Source of the DNA: Octopus sinensis
Taxonomy: Eukaryota
Length of the DNA: 64,000 nt
Assembly: GCF_006345805.1 (NCBI RefSeq)
Contig: NC_042998.1
Location: 134,912,001 to 134,976,000 of the forward strand
Direction of reading: 5' to 3'
This document shows, in pieces, positions 34,514 to 50,077 of this stretch (position 1 is the first letter of the stretch; each line of letters starts with the position of its first letter). A program made the translations under genes and the position numbers. The notes below the pieces were generated by a model. That model had not been told where the DNA came from. It did not search any database and saw nothing but the letters and a program-made list of their open reading frames with translations.

Positions 34514-35940
34514 GATTTCTTAACTAATGTTTTGTGCTGAGAAAATATAGATTAATCGATTCTAACACTGCACTGGTATTTTTAAAATATAAAACGCATT
34601 TTGTCATTCAAGTGATTTGAACGTTGGCGACGAACTTTAAAGCAGTTAGTTCGATATATAAAATAATGAGCTTATATCTACAAACCGTTCTGCTGTTTGT
34701 TGTTTAATTCTAGATCAACCCTGACTGAGCAGACCTATGACCAAAAGTATTACAGTCGCGGGATATCTCGGACAACATAGTAGCGCAATTTAAGAGCGAG
34801 TGGGCTGCTATTTTTAGCCGTTTAAGCGACCACATGGAGGTCTTCTCGGTGGTTTGTGACCCTTCTCTATATGTGACCTTCTATACACAAGTCTATCTAC
34901 ACGTAATACCAAACCCTGGATTACGTATATGTACATATATGACAATAATATAACACAATGCAATATAGTATAACATAATATACAATTATTATCTTAGTTT
35001 GTTTTATGTTTCTAAATTCAAATATTGATTCTGGTTCCCGGAATTCTTAACTGATAAAGTACAGTTTAGTGGGTAAAACGGCTAAGCACTTGCCTCGTGA
35101 ATATTTCAACTATGGGACACGGAAGTATACGTTTCATTTATAAATCGAGGGAAACTAGTGGTTGCCCGACCGGCTAGAAATAGCAACAGAATCACTTTCA
35201 AAACAATACCCTCTTAATAAAAAGAACACACCATATTATAGTATGACTTTCAAAAACAAAGGATAGGCATAGCTAGAATACATTTAATTTTAGGTTTATG
35301 CAGTTATGATTGACCTGAGCTCAACCACAATAACATTTTCATGTATATTTTTGTTTTGTTATCATTTTGTTTATCCAATATTGACAGTACAATAACCTCA
35401 CATTACGTAGACCGTCTCATTGTTTGACGTATTAAAAGATATCGTTGAACAATCACATATATGTGTATATATATGTGGGTTGCGGCTGTTGTTGTTTACG
35501 ATAAACAGGTTCGTTCGGCTCCTAGTGCTGCTACTATTTATGAATGAACAAACAAAATTTCAACATCTGGCTAACTGTTTATAATTCGACCCACTCGCTT
35601 TGCCGAAGGCTGCTGCTCTCAATAATACAAGTACAGTTTTACTGCAAGGAGAAAAGTGAATCTCTTACTTTGGTTTTATATATAATATATATATTTGTAA
35701 TATAAAAGAAAATATTTATTTGAAACCTACCTACTCAAAGATTATCCGGTAATTCATTATTTATAAATTTAGTCATTTCACCATTCGTTTTCATTTTTGT
35801 ATAGTTTTATTTTATATTTTAAATTTTAGTTTTATTTTTACAGTTCACATATGTTCATGTTTTTGTTTTGGTTTTTCAACAAAAATCACTCAACTTGTTG
35901 AATTATGTCTGCATACACACATATAACTGTATTGTTTGTG

Positions 35941-35982
<42 letters not shown>

Positions 35983-36067
35983 TCTGTTGTGTCTAGGGAG
36001 TCATATATATACATAAAATATTGATTGCCTATACCTATATATGTATTCTGCTGTGTCTAAGGGAGAG

Positions 36068-36110
<43 letters not shown>

Positions 36111-37250
36111 GCGTGTTATGTGGTCCAGTAAAATGTATGATCATACGTTTCCGTCCGAGCAATTTGACACTTGTATTCAGTGTGTATATATACATATATA
36201 TTTACACAATAAATAAACTCGCTGTATATTCTGGTTGTTGTTTAGCCCCAGGTTAGCGTCTGTTCAAACAAAACTATGCTTAAAGGTGTTCCGGTTATGA
36301 CCATCCCGTCCTTTTTACAGGCTTAGTGTATCTGGGTCTATGTTATTTAATGTCTTCAAAAAGAAAGCTAGTAGGGTGTGATTTCACATATTCAGCTACT
36401 GCTTTTAACTGGACGAACGACCTGGATTAGATGCCGTCATGCACTTCGTTATTGCGATATTTATCACCTTGATACCATAATCAGATTATTTGGATGGTCG
36501 GTATGGAATGCCATGGTCATGGCAGTCCTTTTCTTGGAGAGTCGGTATCAATGTAGAAAGAACTGATGCGGGGGAGAATCATTAAATCACAGCAATCCAC
36601 TGAGTTTTGTGGGGGGAGGGGATATTAAGTTTATAAAACAACTTCAAACAGTGTGACTTGTGGAATATACAAGAAAAATACCCAGAAAAAACGCACACAC
36701 ACATAAAAAACGCTTACTATTCTGGTTCAAACAATTGTAGACATGAAATGAAGAGAGAAATGATGGACATATATATATTTTAAAAGAATTTCCGCGTTCC
36801 ATCCGTATCTACGACTTCATTTCATTCATTCATGTACATGATTGCGCTACTATTATTTAATTTTTTTTTTTTTTTTATAAAACTGGTAAATATTTTAATC
36901 CATGGGTAATCTTCCTTCTGGTTACTCAGTTGTTAGCTACAGACTCTATCCACCTTGAGTGGGTAACACACACACACACGTTTCTATTTGCTTTTATTCG
37001 TTGGACTAGGTCTTACACAAGGACATTGCTTCCAAAGGTTTTAGTAGATTAAATCGACCCTAGTACTTATCTTTTAGGTTTGGTACTTAACGATCTTATT
37101 TGTCACACCGCTAAGTTACAAGACATAAACACATACACCGTTTGTTTTTGCATTGTGATCGTTGACACACCTACAAATAGGTATGTTGTGTGTACGTTAA
37201 ATTGAGTATTGTCGCTTTTGCGGCCCTTAATTTCAAGTTGGTTATTTCAG

Positions 37251-37295
<45 letters not shown>

Positions 37296-38029
37296 TTTTT
37301 ATGACTATGCCTTTGTTGGTTAGTCCTCTAGTAGCTATAGTTCTACTATTATTATTATTTAATTTGGGTTATTATTACTACCGTTATTTTCAATTTAGAA
37401 TTTTAGCTTCACGAATACTTTAACAGCATGCCAATTAGTACGATACTTTAGATTGCTGGGCGTGTTCGCAGTAAAAATCAATTAGAGAGAGTAATTTTCT
37501 TTAAAAAAAAAAAATTACCTAAATTTCTAAAAAAAAAAGATGTATTGAAATCCCCGCTCCTATGGAGATATATAAATATAGAAGATCGCATTAAAAGACC
37601 TAACTGTAAAAGCGAGGGTACCCCTTAAATCTTATTTTAGCATGTAGAAAGTTGAAATGTAATATGTGAAAGAAATGAAAATAAAAATGTCGGAAGTGAA
37701 AGAAAAACATAAAATGTTTTATTTCATTTACGCACTGTGAATGATGTCGCATCCACAGGCACCCACGCTTATTTATTACAATATATATATAATAATAATA
37801 ATAAATGCCAAAATGAATTTCTGTGTATCAGTGTGTCACACTTTGACCCCCCCTCTCTCGCTATTCAATGACATTTCTACTATTCCCTTGAGACGGTAAG
37901 GGCAGTAATAGATTGACGGTTGTGATGGTAATTGGGTGATAGTAATAGTATGAGCTGTATTTGTGATAAAGGCAGAGGTGATGGTGGTGGTGTTAGGAAG
38001 CAAGAGTCTCCCGAGAGTTGGGGAGAATG

Positions 38030-38815
38030 AGAGACTCAACAGGACAGATACAACAGTAACGACTAGGAATGTCTTATGGATGCAGAGACAGCTCCAATCA
38101 CCCTTAAACTGGAGAGATAGTGGGAATGAAATGTCTCTGTGGAAAGGTCTGCAAGAATGCAAAAGGGCTCAAGAGACACCAGCCAGGTGAGACTGTGGGA
38201 AGAAAGAACCACAGTTGCAGTTTTCAGTTGCAGCACCTGTTGAAACATCAGTAGCTGGGGAGGTATTGGAAGTAAAGTGTCACTGCATGAAAGATCTGCA
38301 AGAATGAGAAAGGGCTCAAGATACACCAAGATAGGTCTGTCTGTGGAAAAGAGAGGGCACAGGTGCAGTGCACAGTGGTAACACCTGGTGAGACGCAGGA
38401 GAAATCCAGACAGGAAGCACCCCACAAGACTGGAATCTCTCAGTACCTGTGTCACCTCAAGTCCTCAGGAGAGGCACCCCATTCAATACCACACCAGGAG
38501 ACTATTCCCAGCCAATAAAAGAACGAATCAAATGGCCCACGATGGATGAAACAATGAAATGACAAAAACTGCATTCCCTGCCAAGTTGGCATGGAAGATT
38601 CTTACAGCAATTGGAATGAGAGGTAAGGAGTGAAAGGTGGCTGTGCATAGGATAGGAGAGGCAACTGAAAGAGGCACTTGCTAGCTTTGGTGTAGAAGAG
38701 AGAAGAGTTAAGCTGGAAGCCAAGAGCAGTTGAGGAGCAGCGACTTCGCCACCTCTGCTGACCCACAAATGGGAGGGTGTTACGCTTCAGGGTTAAAACA
38801 CCTGACGAATGGATA
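38030..38815 (+). mobile_element. Internally deleted HERO-like RLE retrotransposon
   Basis: CLCGKVCKNAKGLKRHQ (38132-38182) and a second KICKNEKGLKIHQ copy (about 38278-38345); PGETQE and RIKWP; then directly a C-terminus-like segment (IGEATERGTC) and a UTR. Confidence 0.55.
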
Positions 38816-39053
38816 CTGTTTGACGACATTAGTTCCTCCTGCCCTAAGCTTCATTCCATTTATGGAATGGATAAAGCATCTCCTAACAGATGTGATTAAA
38901 ATAACGTATGTATATATATATATTTATATATTCCTCTCTCTCTCTTTCGGAGAGGCACTGAGCACCTACACGCACACATACACACACGGCAGTAACTTCC
39001 GCCTACCGAATTCAATCACAGAGCTTCTATATATATATATATATATATATATA

Positions 39054-40030
39054 TCAGGTCATCCCTTAAGTTCTGTCCGAATTTTAAACAAAGAAAACAA
39101 ATGATCAAATGTTATAGTTAATTGAAATTTAATCATCAATGTACTTTTCCTGATTATCTATGACTTCCTTCCATCTATTTACAAGCTTTTTAATCCCATC
39201 AATGTAAAACTCTTTTGGTTTCAAAGCAAAGAATTCCTCCTGGCTTGCGAAAGTTGTCCCCCAAATGATTCTGTCAACTATGAAATAAATGGTAGTCTGA
39301 AGGAGCAAAGCCAGGAGAATAAGGTGGATGAGGAATTTTTTCTCAACCAAGCTCTTCGATCTTCTGTGATGTGATCTTTACAGTGTGAGGTTGTGCATTG
39401 TCCTGATGAAACATCACTCCTTTTTGATTCATTAAAGCAGGTCTTTTTTCTTCAAAGCTTGGTTCAAACACTCTAATTGCTGACAGTAGACTTGAGCATT
39501 GATTGTTGCATTAGGTGGTAACAATTCAAAATGAATTACTCCTTTGCAATCCTACTAGGTAGAAAGAAGAACCTTTTTCCCATGAAGTTCCCTTCTTAGT
39601 TGTGGTTGAGCTTTTTCCCTTTTACCAAGCCACTGTTTATGATGTTTAACATTTCAATAGAAGATCCATTTTTTGTCACTAGTCCACAAGTCTATCCAAA
39701 AAGGGTGAAATGAGTTCGCAAGAATGGAAAGAAGAGCAGATGTCAACTCAGGATTTGCGGTTGCTTTCGGACAATTCATAAGGCATTCATTTTCCAAGTT
39801 TAGGAACCTTTTCAAGTTGTTGAAAATGACAATGAACAGTTGTATGGTTTGAACTAAGCTTTATTGCCAATTCTTCAACTGATAATGCAGGATTTACTTC
39901 AAACAATTAGTTCAAATATACACAAATGCATAAAAATAATTTTTAATTCCATTAGACATTCTAAAATACTATTAAATTTCATTCAATTTTGAAAAAGGTA
40001 AAATCGGACAGAACTTATGGGATGACCTGA
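39054..40030 (-). mobile_element. Mariner element with internally deleted transposase
   Basis: TIRs TCAGGTCATCCC.TAAGTTCTGTCCGA, TA flanks; C-terminus EFFALKPKEFYIDGIKKLVNRWKEVIDNQEKY (39129-39350). Confidence 0.85.
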
Positions 40031-40056
40031 TATATGTATATGTATATACATATATA

Positions 40057-40119
<63 letters not shown>

Positions 40120-41042
40120 ATATACTTATATATATATATATATATATATGTTTATATATGTATATATATGTTTATATATATATATATGTATATATTAGAT
40201 TGTTGACAAAAATCGATAATAGGGCCCCTGGAAAGGATCCTTATATCTACTACATATAACTATGATATTTTATTTAAACACCCAAGGGAAATAACCAATA
40301 GCACCTGCATTTGCAATTGTCAGTTTTTAGTGAAGTGATCAATATTTGATTCTTACGATCAGCAGACCTAATTCTGCATTTCACTACTCAATGTTTTGAA
40401 CTGCTAAACTTTGTTATTGCACTTTCTTGATTTGAATCTTAAACTTTAAAGACTTCTTTCATACATTTATATACATGCATACTTTTTTGCTCTAATATAT
40501 TCTACATTTATATATTAACTTTAATAAATTAACCTTGATAAAGTTAACCTTTAAAATGCCACAGCAAGTAAGAATATGAGTGGGTACTTCTGCTTCACAA
40601 GCTGCTCTAATGTGACAACAGCGATCTCATTATGTTTCATATTTACTAAATCAAACAATTATTCTTCATCTATTCTACTTCAATATCTAAACAGTTATAT
40701 ACATATTGCAGTAATTAATTTAGACATTGCATTAATAGACATTTTTACAACATCTCTGAATAAATAAATAATTGCTGACAATGCATGCAGGGGTTTCAAT
40801 TAAATTTGATTACACTTTGAATGCCCATAACTCCGATAATTCCAGTTTAAAATAAAAGTATACTTTTCTTAGGCTTAAATAATAGAAAAATATGAGGAAT
40901 TTAGAGTCATTAGTCGCATTGAACAAAAATTGGTAGAAGAAAAGTTATGGGATGAAATGCCACAAAATTTCGTGTCAGTAAGAGAGTCAGGGAGTAATGC
41001 TTCAGCTGTAAGAATTAAGGAATATATTTCTAAAATCAATCT

Positions 41043-41483
41043 AAGGTGACAAGCTGGCAAAAACGTTAGCGTGCCAGGTGAAATGCTTAATGGTAATTCA
41101 TCAGTCTTTATGTTTTTGAGTTCAGATTTTGCTGAGGTCGACTTTGACATACAGATTATTTAATTAATTTTTTTTAACTAAACACTTTCAAACTTCCGAT
41201 ACTGGTAGAATATGTCACATAGAACAGGGTTTATACTTAATGTTTTTGATAAAATTTTTGTATTTTAGAAGTGGTATTTTGCCTGTCTTTACGTTCTGAG
41301 TTCAAATTCCACTGAGGTCGACTTTGCCTTTCATCCATTTCGGATCTATTCAATTAGACGTACAGTTTATTTAATTAATTTTTTTTTAACTAAACACTTT
41401 CAAACTTCCGATACCAGTAGAATGTATCACATACAACAGGTTTACTCTTAACATTTTTGACAAAATTTTGTATTTTAGAAGTT
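41043..41483 (+). mobile_element. Second SINE type, interrupted and partly duplicated together with a ~125-bp repeat
   Basis: GTTC(A/T)AAATTCC.CTGAGGTCGACTTTG occurs twice; 41150-41273 is similar to 41360-41483. Confidence 0.5.
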
Positions 41484-42202
41484 ATTTTGTCAGAAGCTGC
41501 AATGTCATATATATATGTATATATACACATACAGTACCTGCACTGAGACTTACAGTCTGTTTAGGAGCATGTGATTAAGGACCTTCCCAGTGATGCTGAG
41601 CAATATTTCTCTGTAGTTGTTGGATAAGGTTGTCTGTGATCAGCAAGTCCTGCACACTGTTGACCACACCCTGCTTTACACACAAAAACCAAACACACAT
41701 TTACAACCACATATGGGTTTAAGATTGGGTGTTTGCCTCATCCCTTCATTGCAAAATCTCTCTGAACACGTATCAACCCCACATGACCCACATCTGAACC
41801 CTGCTTTGCTGGCGATTACCACTCAGGTTTTTGGACGAACAAGGGACATAACTCTTGACAGTCTCCTTTTCTAATCATCTCCTATGAGTTCATTCCATTT
41901 AGTTTCATTGCATCCACAAACCAGATCTGACAATTGCTGACCTTTTTCTCTACTCAGGCAACTCTGATGAGTTAGGCAATCAGCCAATTACCTGATACCT
42001 GTGTGAACTGATTGATAAGATTGGCTGATATTGATTTATGAGACTGTAAGACTGTATACTATTAAGTTTAATATACTCACTCTATTGACAAATTCATGAG
42101 AGCCTGTTTTCTCTGACTTTCGGATTCTTAGTCAACTATTTGTCATATATATGTATTGATGTATGTATGTATGTATGTATGTATGTATGTATGTGTGTGT
42201 GT

Positions 42203-42246
<44 letters not shown>

Positions 42247-43124
42247 ATATATATGTATATGTAATCAACATTATCATCGTCATCATCTAATATCTGTTTT
42301 CCTTGCTGGTACAGGTTGGACAGTTTGACAGAGTCCAGCAAGCTTCATCAGGTTGCAATGTCAGGTTTGACATGGTTTCTATGACTGGATGCCCTCCCTA
42401 GTGCCAATGACTTTACAGTGTGTACTGGATGCTCTTTTCAGGACACTGGGCCTAGTGAGGTCGTCAAGTAACTTATAAGACAGAATAAAAAAAAACCAAA
42501 AGGAAACAGTTCCCTTGACTGAGTGAGAATATGTTTGAGAGAAGGAGGAGTGCGCTTTATGTCAGGTTTTGAAGGCTAAATTATGATAGGACATGCATAG
42601 GTGTCATGTTATAGAAGAGATGTGTGGTTATACTCCTCCTATTCTGCTTAATTCTATTAGAGTTTTCCAATTCAGTATATATTTTTATTTTACTCCCATA
42701 TAATTTAACTTCCTCCCAGCCTGGCCACAGCCAACAGGCTGGAGCAATCAGTTCACACATTCTCCTACTCCCTTCCTACTCTCGCACTCACCAATGAAAT
42801 TCTTACATCTATACTACTTGTCTTTGCAGGGTTTTTTTTTTTTTTGTAACTTATATACTATTACGGTAATTTTATTAGTGAAATTATCACTCTTTGTAAT
42901 ACATTGCTACTTTACAGTTTTAATAGTAGCACTAAGCTCATTGATTCCTTAAGAACTAATTTCCTAATGGAATATTTATATTTTTATATATAATGAGAAA
43001 ATACACAGGCAATATGTCATGCTAGAAAAAACCCCAGCCCAATCAATGAACCAATGAACTATATTGATCACTTATCTTCAGAGTCAAAAGGTACTTCAAC
43101 CCACAGCAATTATTAATTCTCTAG

Positions 43125-43330
43125 GAAGCTCAGCGAAGGTCTGCAATGGATTATTGCTCTCATATCTAAGATACTGCTGCTGCATACACAAACATACTAG
43201 ACTGCATCCAGAAAAGAACCATTTGACTGATTGCTTTAAAGTCATTCACAGACATGCTCCAGTCTCTGACTCACAGTTGTGTTGTTTCCTCTCTCTGGCT
43301 TTTCCACCGCTGTTATAGTGGTTTCTGCTT
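43125..43330 (+). pseudogene. Old LINE ORF2 C-terminal relic
   Basis: AQRRSAMDYCSHI*..ILDCIQKR..LQSLTH..SSLWLFHRCY. Confidence 0.55.
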
Positions 43331-43699
43331 CTATGAGTTGGCTGAGAACCTGTCACTTCTACACAGGAATTTGGTTACAATTGTTTCAATACCACTCTGG
43401 TTCAAATTGCATTACACATAAATAATTGTGTGATAAATTACACAGACTTGTATAAAATTATGCATGTTTGCAATAGTGAGGAACAGCACCTCTCTGGATG
43501 CTTACCAAACTCAGCTATTATATATGATGTCTTGTATAATTTTATTCAAGTGTTGTGGAGTTGTTTGTGTAATGTGGTTCAAATAGGAGTAGTACTGAAA
43601 CATTTGCAACTGATTTTTAATTTCTGCTATACTAATATCTTCTTCATCTTTGTGTGTGTGTCTGTGTGTGATAAGCTGTGTGCTTATACACAGTCATGA

Positions 43700-44045
43700 A
43701 AGGCTTGGCATGTGGCTCAATGGTTAGAGCATTGGGCTCACAATCACGAGGTTGTGAGTTTGATTCCCGGACCAGACTGTGTTGTGTTCTTCAGCAAAAC
43801 ACTTTATTTCACATTGCTCCAGTTAACTCAGCTATAGAAATGAGTTGTGACATCACTGGTTCCAAGCTGTATTGGCCTATGCCTTTCCCTTGGACAGCAT
43901 CGATGGTGTGGAGGGGGGAGGCTGGTATGCATGGGCGACTGCTAGTCTTCTGAAAACAACCTTGCCTGGACTTATGCCTTGGCTGATAACTTTCTAGGTG
44001 TAATCCCATGGTCATTCATGACCGAAGAGAGTTTTATCCTTTTAT
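43700..44045 (+). mobile_element. tRNA-derived SINE (family of 4978-5307)
   Basis: Colinear similarity to 4978-5307. Confidence 0.8.
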
Positions 44046-46457
44046 ATATATATATTGTGGACTCTCCTATTGTAGATGACAGATGAGGGCTCTGCAATTT
44101 CTTGCTGAACAACTGGTGCACTTTAAAGTGATCAAATGTTTGTGCTGTACATTAATTCACTCCTTCCATCAACACAGTATGTCATATGTCAGATGATGAA
44201 GTGAATGCAGAGCAATATAAGATAAAGTATTGTGCTCAAGAACACAATGCAATGCCCAGTGTGGGAATTGAAATTATGATCTGATAATCATTAGTACATT
44301 AACCTAACCACTAGGCCACAATTCCTCATATATATAATTATTTTTTTGAACATTGGATCTTGAATCAGATAAGCTATAAATAATGGTTTCAAATTTAGGT
44401 ACTAAGCCAGTAATTTCAGGGCAGTAGGGTAAGTTGATTGCATCAACCCCATTGCTCAACTGCTACTTATTCTATTGTCTCCAGAAAGATCAAAGGCAAA
44501 GTCAACTTCAGTGGAATTTGAACTCAGAATGTAAAGACAGACAAAATGCCATTAAGCTTCTTTTGTCCAGCATGCAAACACATCTACCAGTCTGCCACTT
44601 TAAAAATAAGCTAAAATTATAACACGTAAATATTGGGTTAAAAAAACTCTTTGAGAAGAATAAATCAATGGCTACCTGTAGGGCTTGAACCCACATCTCT
44701 TGTAAATATGACAGGTGATCTACCAATGGACCAAAGTAATTCTTAGAATTTCTCTGTCCATTTAGAAATGTTACTCTTACCAGCAAGAATTGTATATTAT
44801 TGCGGACATAATAATTTATAAACTTCAAGACAATAAGAAATAATTCTTTTTAAATATTGGCTTTAAAAATAAGCAATAGCCTCATTCAAATAAATTCCTA
44901 TCATTCAATCATATTTTGGATAATACTGGCTTTGTGTGTGTGTGATGATTTCCTCATCTTGTCAGATGATAGATGCCTCACGTACAACTTGATTGTTCTG
45001 ATTTACATTCATTCCTGCTTGTGCATGGATAGTACGATGCATCTATTACCATAGGACTTCATGAAATGCAAAATAGATCAGGAAACGAAATGACAGTGAG
45101 ACAACAGTACATAATTGAATTTAAGTGACAAAGCTTGTACAACATTTTTACCATTCTCTCCTAGAAGAGCTGTCTTCATCACAGCTTTGTCAAAAAATAA
45201 CAAAAGCTTCCTCTACTCCTTGGAAATCTTTTTAACTCATAAATGGAACCCTGACAGATGTTCCCATTCTGGATCAGAATAGGCCTGATAATAGCAGTAA
45301 TTAAGGGATGACTCCACACTCCTCATAATTCCAGAAGTCTCAAACTGGAGTCTCATCAGCAGATGTAATTTAATGACATAGCTAGGACAAACAAACAGAT
45401 GTAAATATATACATATCTTGTTAAAATTTTTTACATATTATTCAATATTTCATATTGTCACATTATATGGTATGGTTTATATTGATAATTTAATTAGTTC
45501 ATGTCTACACAAAAATTTCATCTAATTGTTAGAATCAGAAATAACTCCATTTACCCTGTAATGTTTCATCTTTATATAGCACTGTTCATCTCATGCCACT
45601 GCATAAAAGGAGGGCAGAGGAAACAGATAAGATTTAATTTTTTAAATCACTTGTGATTTCGATGCATCATAAACAGCTAGTGCTCTACCATGCACCATTG
45701 AATAACACATTGCATACACACAGTGTTAAGGTCAGGACTATACTCAGTGTGAAGAAAAACAAAAACATTTTACAGCAACAATCTTCTTTTTGTGTGTGTG
45801 TGTGTGTGATGGAAAAAGTGTGATACTAATATTTGTTTTATGATAAGTATTTCTTTACTGACTGCAAGCACATAATTGCAAGCAAATGTAAAGAATACCT
45901 AAACATCTGTCTGTCTGTTTCTCTCTCTCTGTCTTTCTCTGTCTCTGTCTCTCTCCCTCCCTCTCTCTCTCTCTCACTCTCTTTCTCTCTCTCTCTATAT
46001 ATATATATATAATGTATAGCTAATACATTTATCAACTACTTCACATACATGTATGTTTGTTTATGAACTGGTAGATAAATACCATACACTTGTTTATATC
46101 AAATTTACTTAATTCTCTTCCCAATTTACAGAAGCCTTTAGTAATAGTGAGTTTATAAGTAATATCCCTCTTGGACTGTTGAAGAAGGGACAGGATCAAG
46201 GTTTGTCAGGTTAATTCCAATGGTCTTCTATCCACAAAAATATTGTATATAATGACAAAGCACTTAGATATATCTTTATATGTAATATAAAGATATACAA
46301 ACATTTACATCAGGTGAACCTATCCTACATGTGTCAGTAATGACACACCACAGGTTTTTAGGTGAAGCACAATGGATTTTGAGAAAATAAAATCTCCTTG
46401 CAATATTATGTTGCTAAATTTAACAAGCAATTTTCATTGTTTCACACATTAAATGTT

Positions 46458-46850
46458 GGCATGGCTATGTCGTTAAGAAGTTTATGTTGCATTCACATGG
46501 TTTGGGGGTCAACCCCTCTATGCAGCATATTGGGCAAATATCTTCTATAGGTCTTGGCTGACCTATGCAAGCAAGTGAATTTGATAGACAGACACTGTGA
46601 GGAAGCATGTCAGGTGAAGGTGTATATGTCTGTGTGTGTTTCTGTGTTATCTTTGTTCCCTTCCGCTGCTTGACAACCAGTGTCAGTTTGTTTAATCCCC
46701 ATAAATTAACAGCTCAGCAAATGAAATCAACAGAATGAGTACTAAACTTTAAAAACAAATATAGGTACTGGGGTCAGTTTGTGCAATTAAATCTTTCAAA
46801 GCATTTCCCCAGCATGGCCATAGCCCAATGACTGAAACAAGTAAAAGATA
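46458..46850 (+). mobile_element. Diverged copy of the abundant SINE
   Basis: Colinear with 13145-13590; tail CAGCATGGCC..ATGACTGAAAC. Confidence 0.7.
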
Positions 46851-47946
46851 TGATACTAAAAATTAGTCTGAAAAAATGAAAACATTACATTTTTCAGTAA
46901 TCTGTAATGGTCAGCTGGGGACCTCCATTGGTCAAGGTTGACCATATGTCTACACATGGAGGCTTGGACAAAATTACTGTCAGTGGCCCATATATGCATA
47001 TTTCCCCACCTTCTTTCCACCACTGTTGTTTATTCAAGGTGAAGGTCATAGTCATAGGCCTCTGCACCTTCGCAACAGTGTTATCACAGGCATTGCTGTC
47101 AGAATGGATCAAATATTGAAAAGCATCTTGCCCAACCTTCTAACAACTCCACTGATCCACTGCCTGGTATTGATACATCTTTATCTGGATAAGATAAAAT
47201 GCAAAGTTGACCTTGACAGTACTTGAACTCAGAGCACAGGGTCAGAACATATAGCACAAGGCATTCTCTTCAACACTCTAGTGACCCTGCCAATTTGGCT
47301 TCTTTATCATATGATACAGCACTTTATATGTTTCAGTCATAAATTAACAGTCATAATTTAGCAACTCATCAGTTGCTGTTCAAGCTGGCTAACATGATAT
47401 GATATGTTTAGGTTTTATTTTTTGGTTTCATTTCTATTTACTGGAGCTAATCATTACAATATCATTGTCATCATCACCACCATTGTATTAATGTCTCCAC
47501 TTTTCCATACTTGCATGTGTTGGATGAAATTTACTGAGGCAGATTTTCTACAGCTGTTTGCCCTTTCTGTTGCCAAGCTTTACCTGTTTCCATGACCAGA
47601 CATGCTTTCATGGAAGACTGAAAATGAAGGATACCCACTCATATGACAGTGACATTTATTTACAACAATCATGTGATGTCAAGGCAAAAAGACAATAACA
47701 CACATACACACACACATATATATTGTTTATGTCATGAATTCAGAAACCTTAAATGACATGAAACTGTATTTTTAAAGGTGAAACTCAGAGTAGATATAGC
47801 TATGAATAATAGCATGTAAATATTGGGTTAAAAAAGACCCTTTGTATAGGCTTTTTCTATGTAAAGGGTTATTTACCTAATGTTTACAGATAATTATTTA
47901 CAGTTTTATCTAATTAGAGTTTCACTGTTTAAAAACAAATATTTAC

Positions 47947-47995
<49 letters not shown>

Positions 47996-48011
47996 AGCAA
48001 AACTCATTTAC

Positions 48012-48091
<80 letters not shown>

Positions 48092-48634
48092 GTATGTATA
48101 TATATGTATATGTATGTATGTATATATATGTATATGCATATATATATATATATATACACACACACATATACATGTGTGAGTGTGTCCATGTGTGTGTGAA
48201 TATATATTTTAACAGCTAAAGTGAAAAAGAAAAAACCTTCGGAGAACTTAGAATTCTTAGCAGAATCATTATTAGAAATATTAGTAAAAATTATTAGCTG
48301 CAGAAACATCCCATTTACTAGCTCTATTAGTATTTCACTAAGTATTCTTGATAAGGAAAGTCACTAAGTGATAGTGTGTTTATGGAAAGAAGTTTTTGTT
48401 TAAAGTGCATCATTTCTGTTTGATGACTTCTATAATAAGGACACTAAAGTACATGTCACGTACAAACATAAGTGGCGCTTTAATAACAGGATTTTTAACA
48501 AGTATATCCGTATGCCAGAATAAAAAAATTCACCATTACTAGTCTGTATGTTCAGTGTTGGCTAAAAATCCATGAATATATTCTGTGATATTTCTATAAC
48601 AATGAAGCCAAACAAAGCAAACTTACTGGTAATT

Positions 48635-48980
48635 TTAGTTGAACAAATCAACCCCAGGACATATTTATTAAGCCTAGTACTTATTCTATCAGTTACTTTA
48701 GCTGAACTGTGAAGTTACTAGAATGTAAATACACCAACATCTGTTGTTAATCTTTGATGGTGGGGTGGACAAACACAGACGCAAAGGCACACACACATTG
48801 ATATATACATGTATATACAACGGGCTTCTTTCTGTTTCCATCTATCAAACTACTCAGCAGGTTTTGCTCAGCTCAAGGCTATAGTAGAAGACACATACCG
48901 AAGGTGCCAGGCAGTAGGACTGAACCCAGAACCATATGGCTGGGAAGCAAGCTTCTTACCATGCAGTTGTGCTTGCGCCT
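48635..48980 (-). mobile_element. Diverged copy of the abundant SINE
   Basis: Reverse-complement similarity to 13145-13520. Confidence 0.7.
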
Positions 48981-49509
48981 GTTAGTCTATTAAATTTAAG
49001 CCATTAGTAATACTTGGTTTATAAGCAGTGCCTCTGTGAAGAATTAACCCTTTAGTATTCAGATTATTCTGCCAAATGTATTGCTTTTTTATTCACTCTG
49101 TTTTGAATTAATCATGCATTTAAAAAAAAATTTTTGTGGCTTCAAGATTTAAATGGTGGGTTTGTATACTATTAGAATGACATTGATGGGTAGGTGTGAG
49201 AGATTGAATCTGGTCAGTTTTAACATAAAACAGGTAGACAAGTAGAATACTTGGGCCAGATATGGCTGGATTAAATGCTAAAGGATTAAAGAGAGTACTT
49301 GGTCAGTGGTGAAATCCTAATACAGGATTCGAACTAGCCAAACTGATGCTTTTTTTTTCCGAGATCCTTGAAAATATTATTTATAAAATCAACAGGGTGA
49401 GTATAACAACTCCCTGCATGTACAATATAGATACTATGTCTCTAATAAAATTTGGCATTGGAACAAAACACAATTAATGCATTGGTAAGTTTGTGTGTGT
49501 GTGTGTGTA

Positions 49510-49618
49510 TTCAGTCTCTGCATGGCATCTTGAGCAAGTATCTTGTACTATAGCCTTGGACTGACCAAAGCCTTGGGAGTGGATTTCATAGACAGAAATT
49601 TGAAGAAGCCTGTTATAC

Positions 49619-49671
<53 letters not shown>

Positions 49672-49860
49672 CACGTGTGTTTGTCCCCTGCCCCCCACCC
49701 CTTGACAACCAGTGTTGGTGTGTTTAGGCAAAAGAGACTGACAGAACAAATATCAGGCTTAAAATTAAAATAAATACCGGGGTCGATTAGTTTGACTAAA
49801 ATTCCTCAAGGCAGTGCCCCAGCATGGCCACAGTCTAATGACTGAAACAGATAAAAGATA
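49510..49860 (+). mobile_element. Copy of the abundant SINE with an internal (TG)n tract
   Basis: Tail CAGCATGGCCA-CAGTC-TAAT-GACTG-AAAC at 49820-49848. Confidence 0.75.
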
Positions 49861-50045
49861 TATATATATATATATATATGACATTGCTGTACCAAAGAGT
49901 TTTCTATTTCTACTATGTGTGTGTGTGTCTGTTTTATATATCATAATAATTTTAATGAGTATTTTTCTATCCTTGCATAGATGAGATGGAATTCATAGAT
50001 GCAAATTTTCTGTACCCAGATGCTCTTCCTGTTGCTTCGAATGCT

Positions 50046-50077
<32 letters not shown>

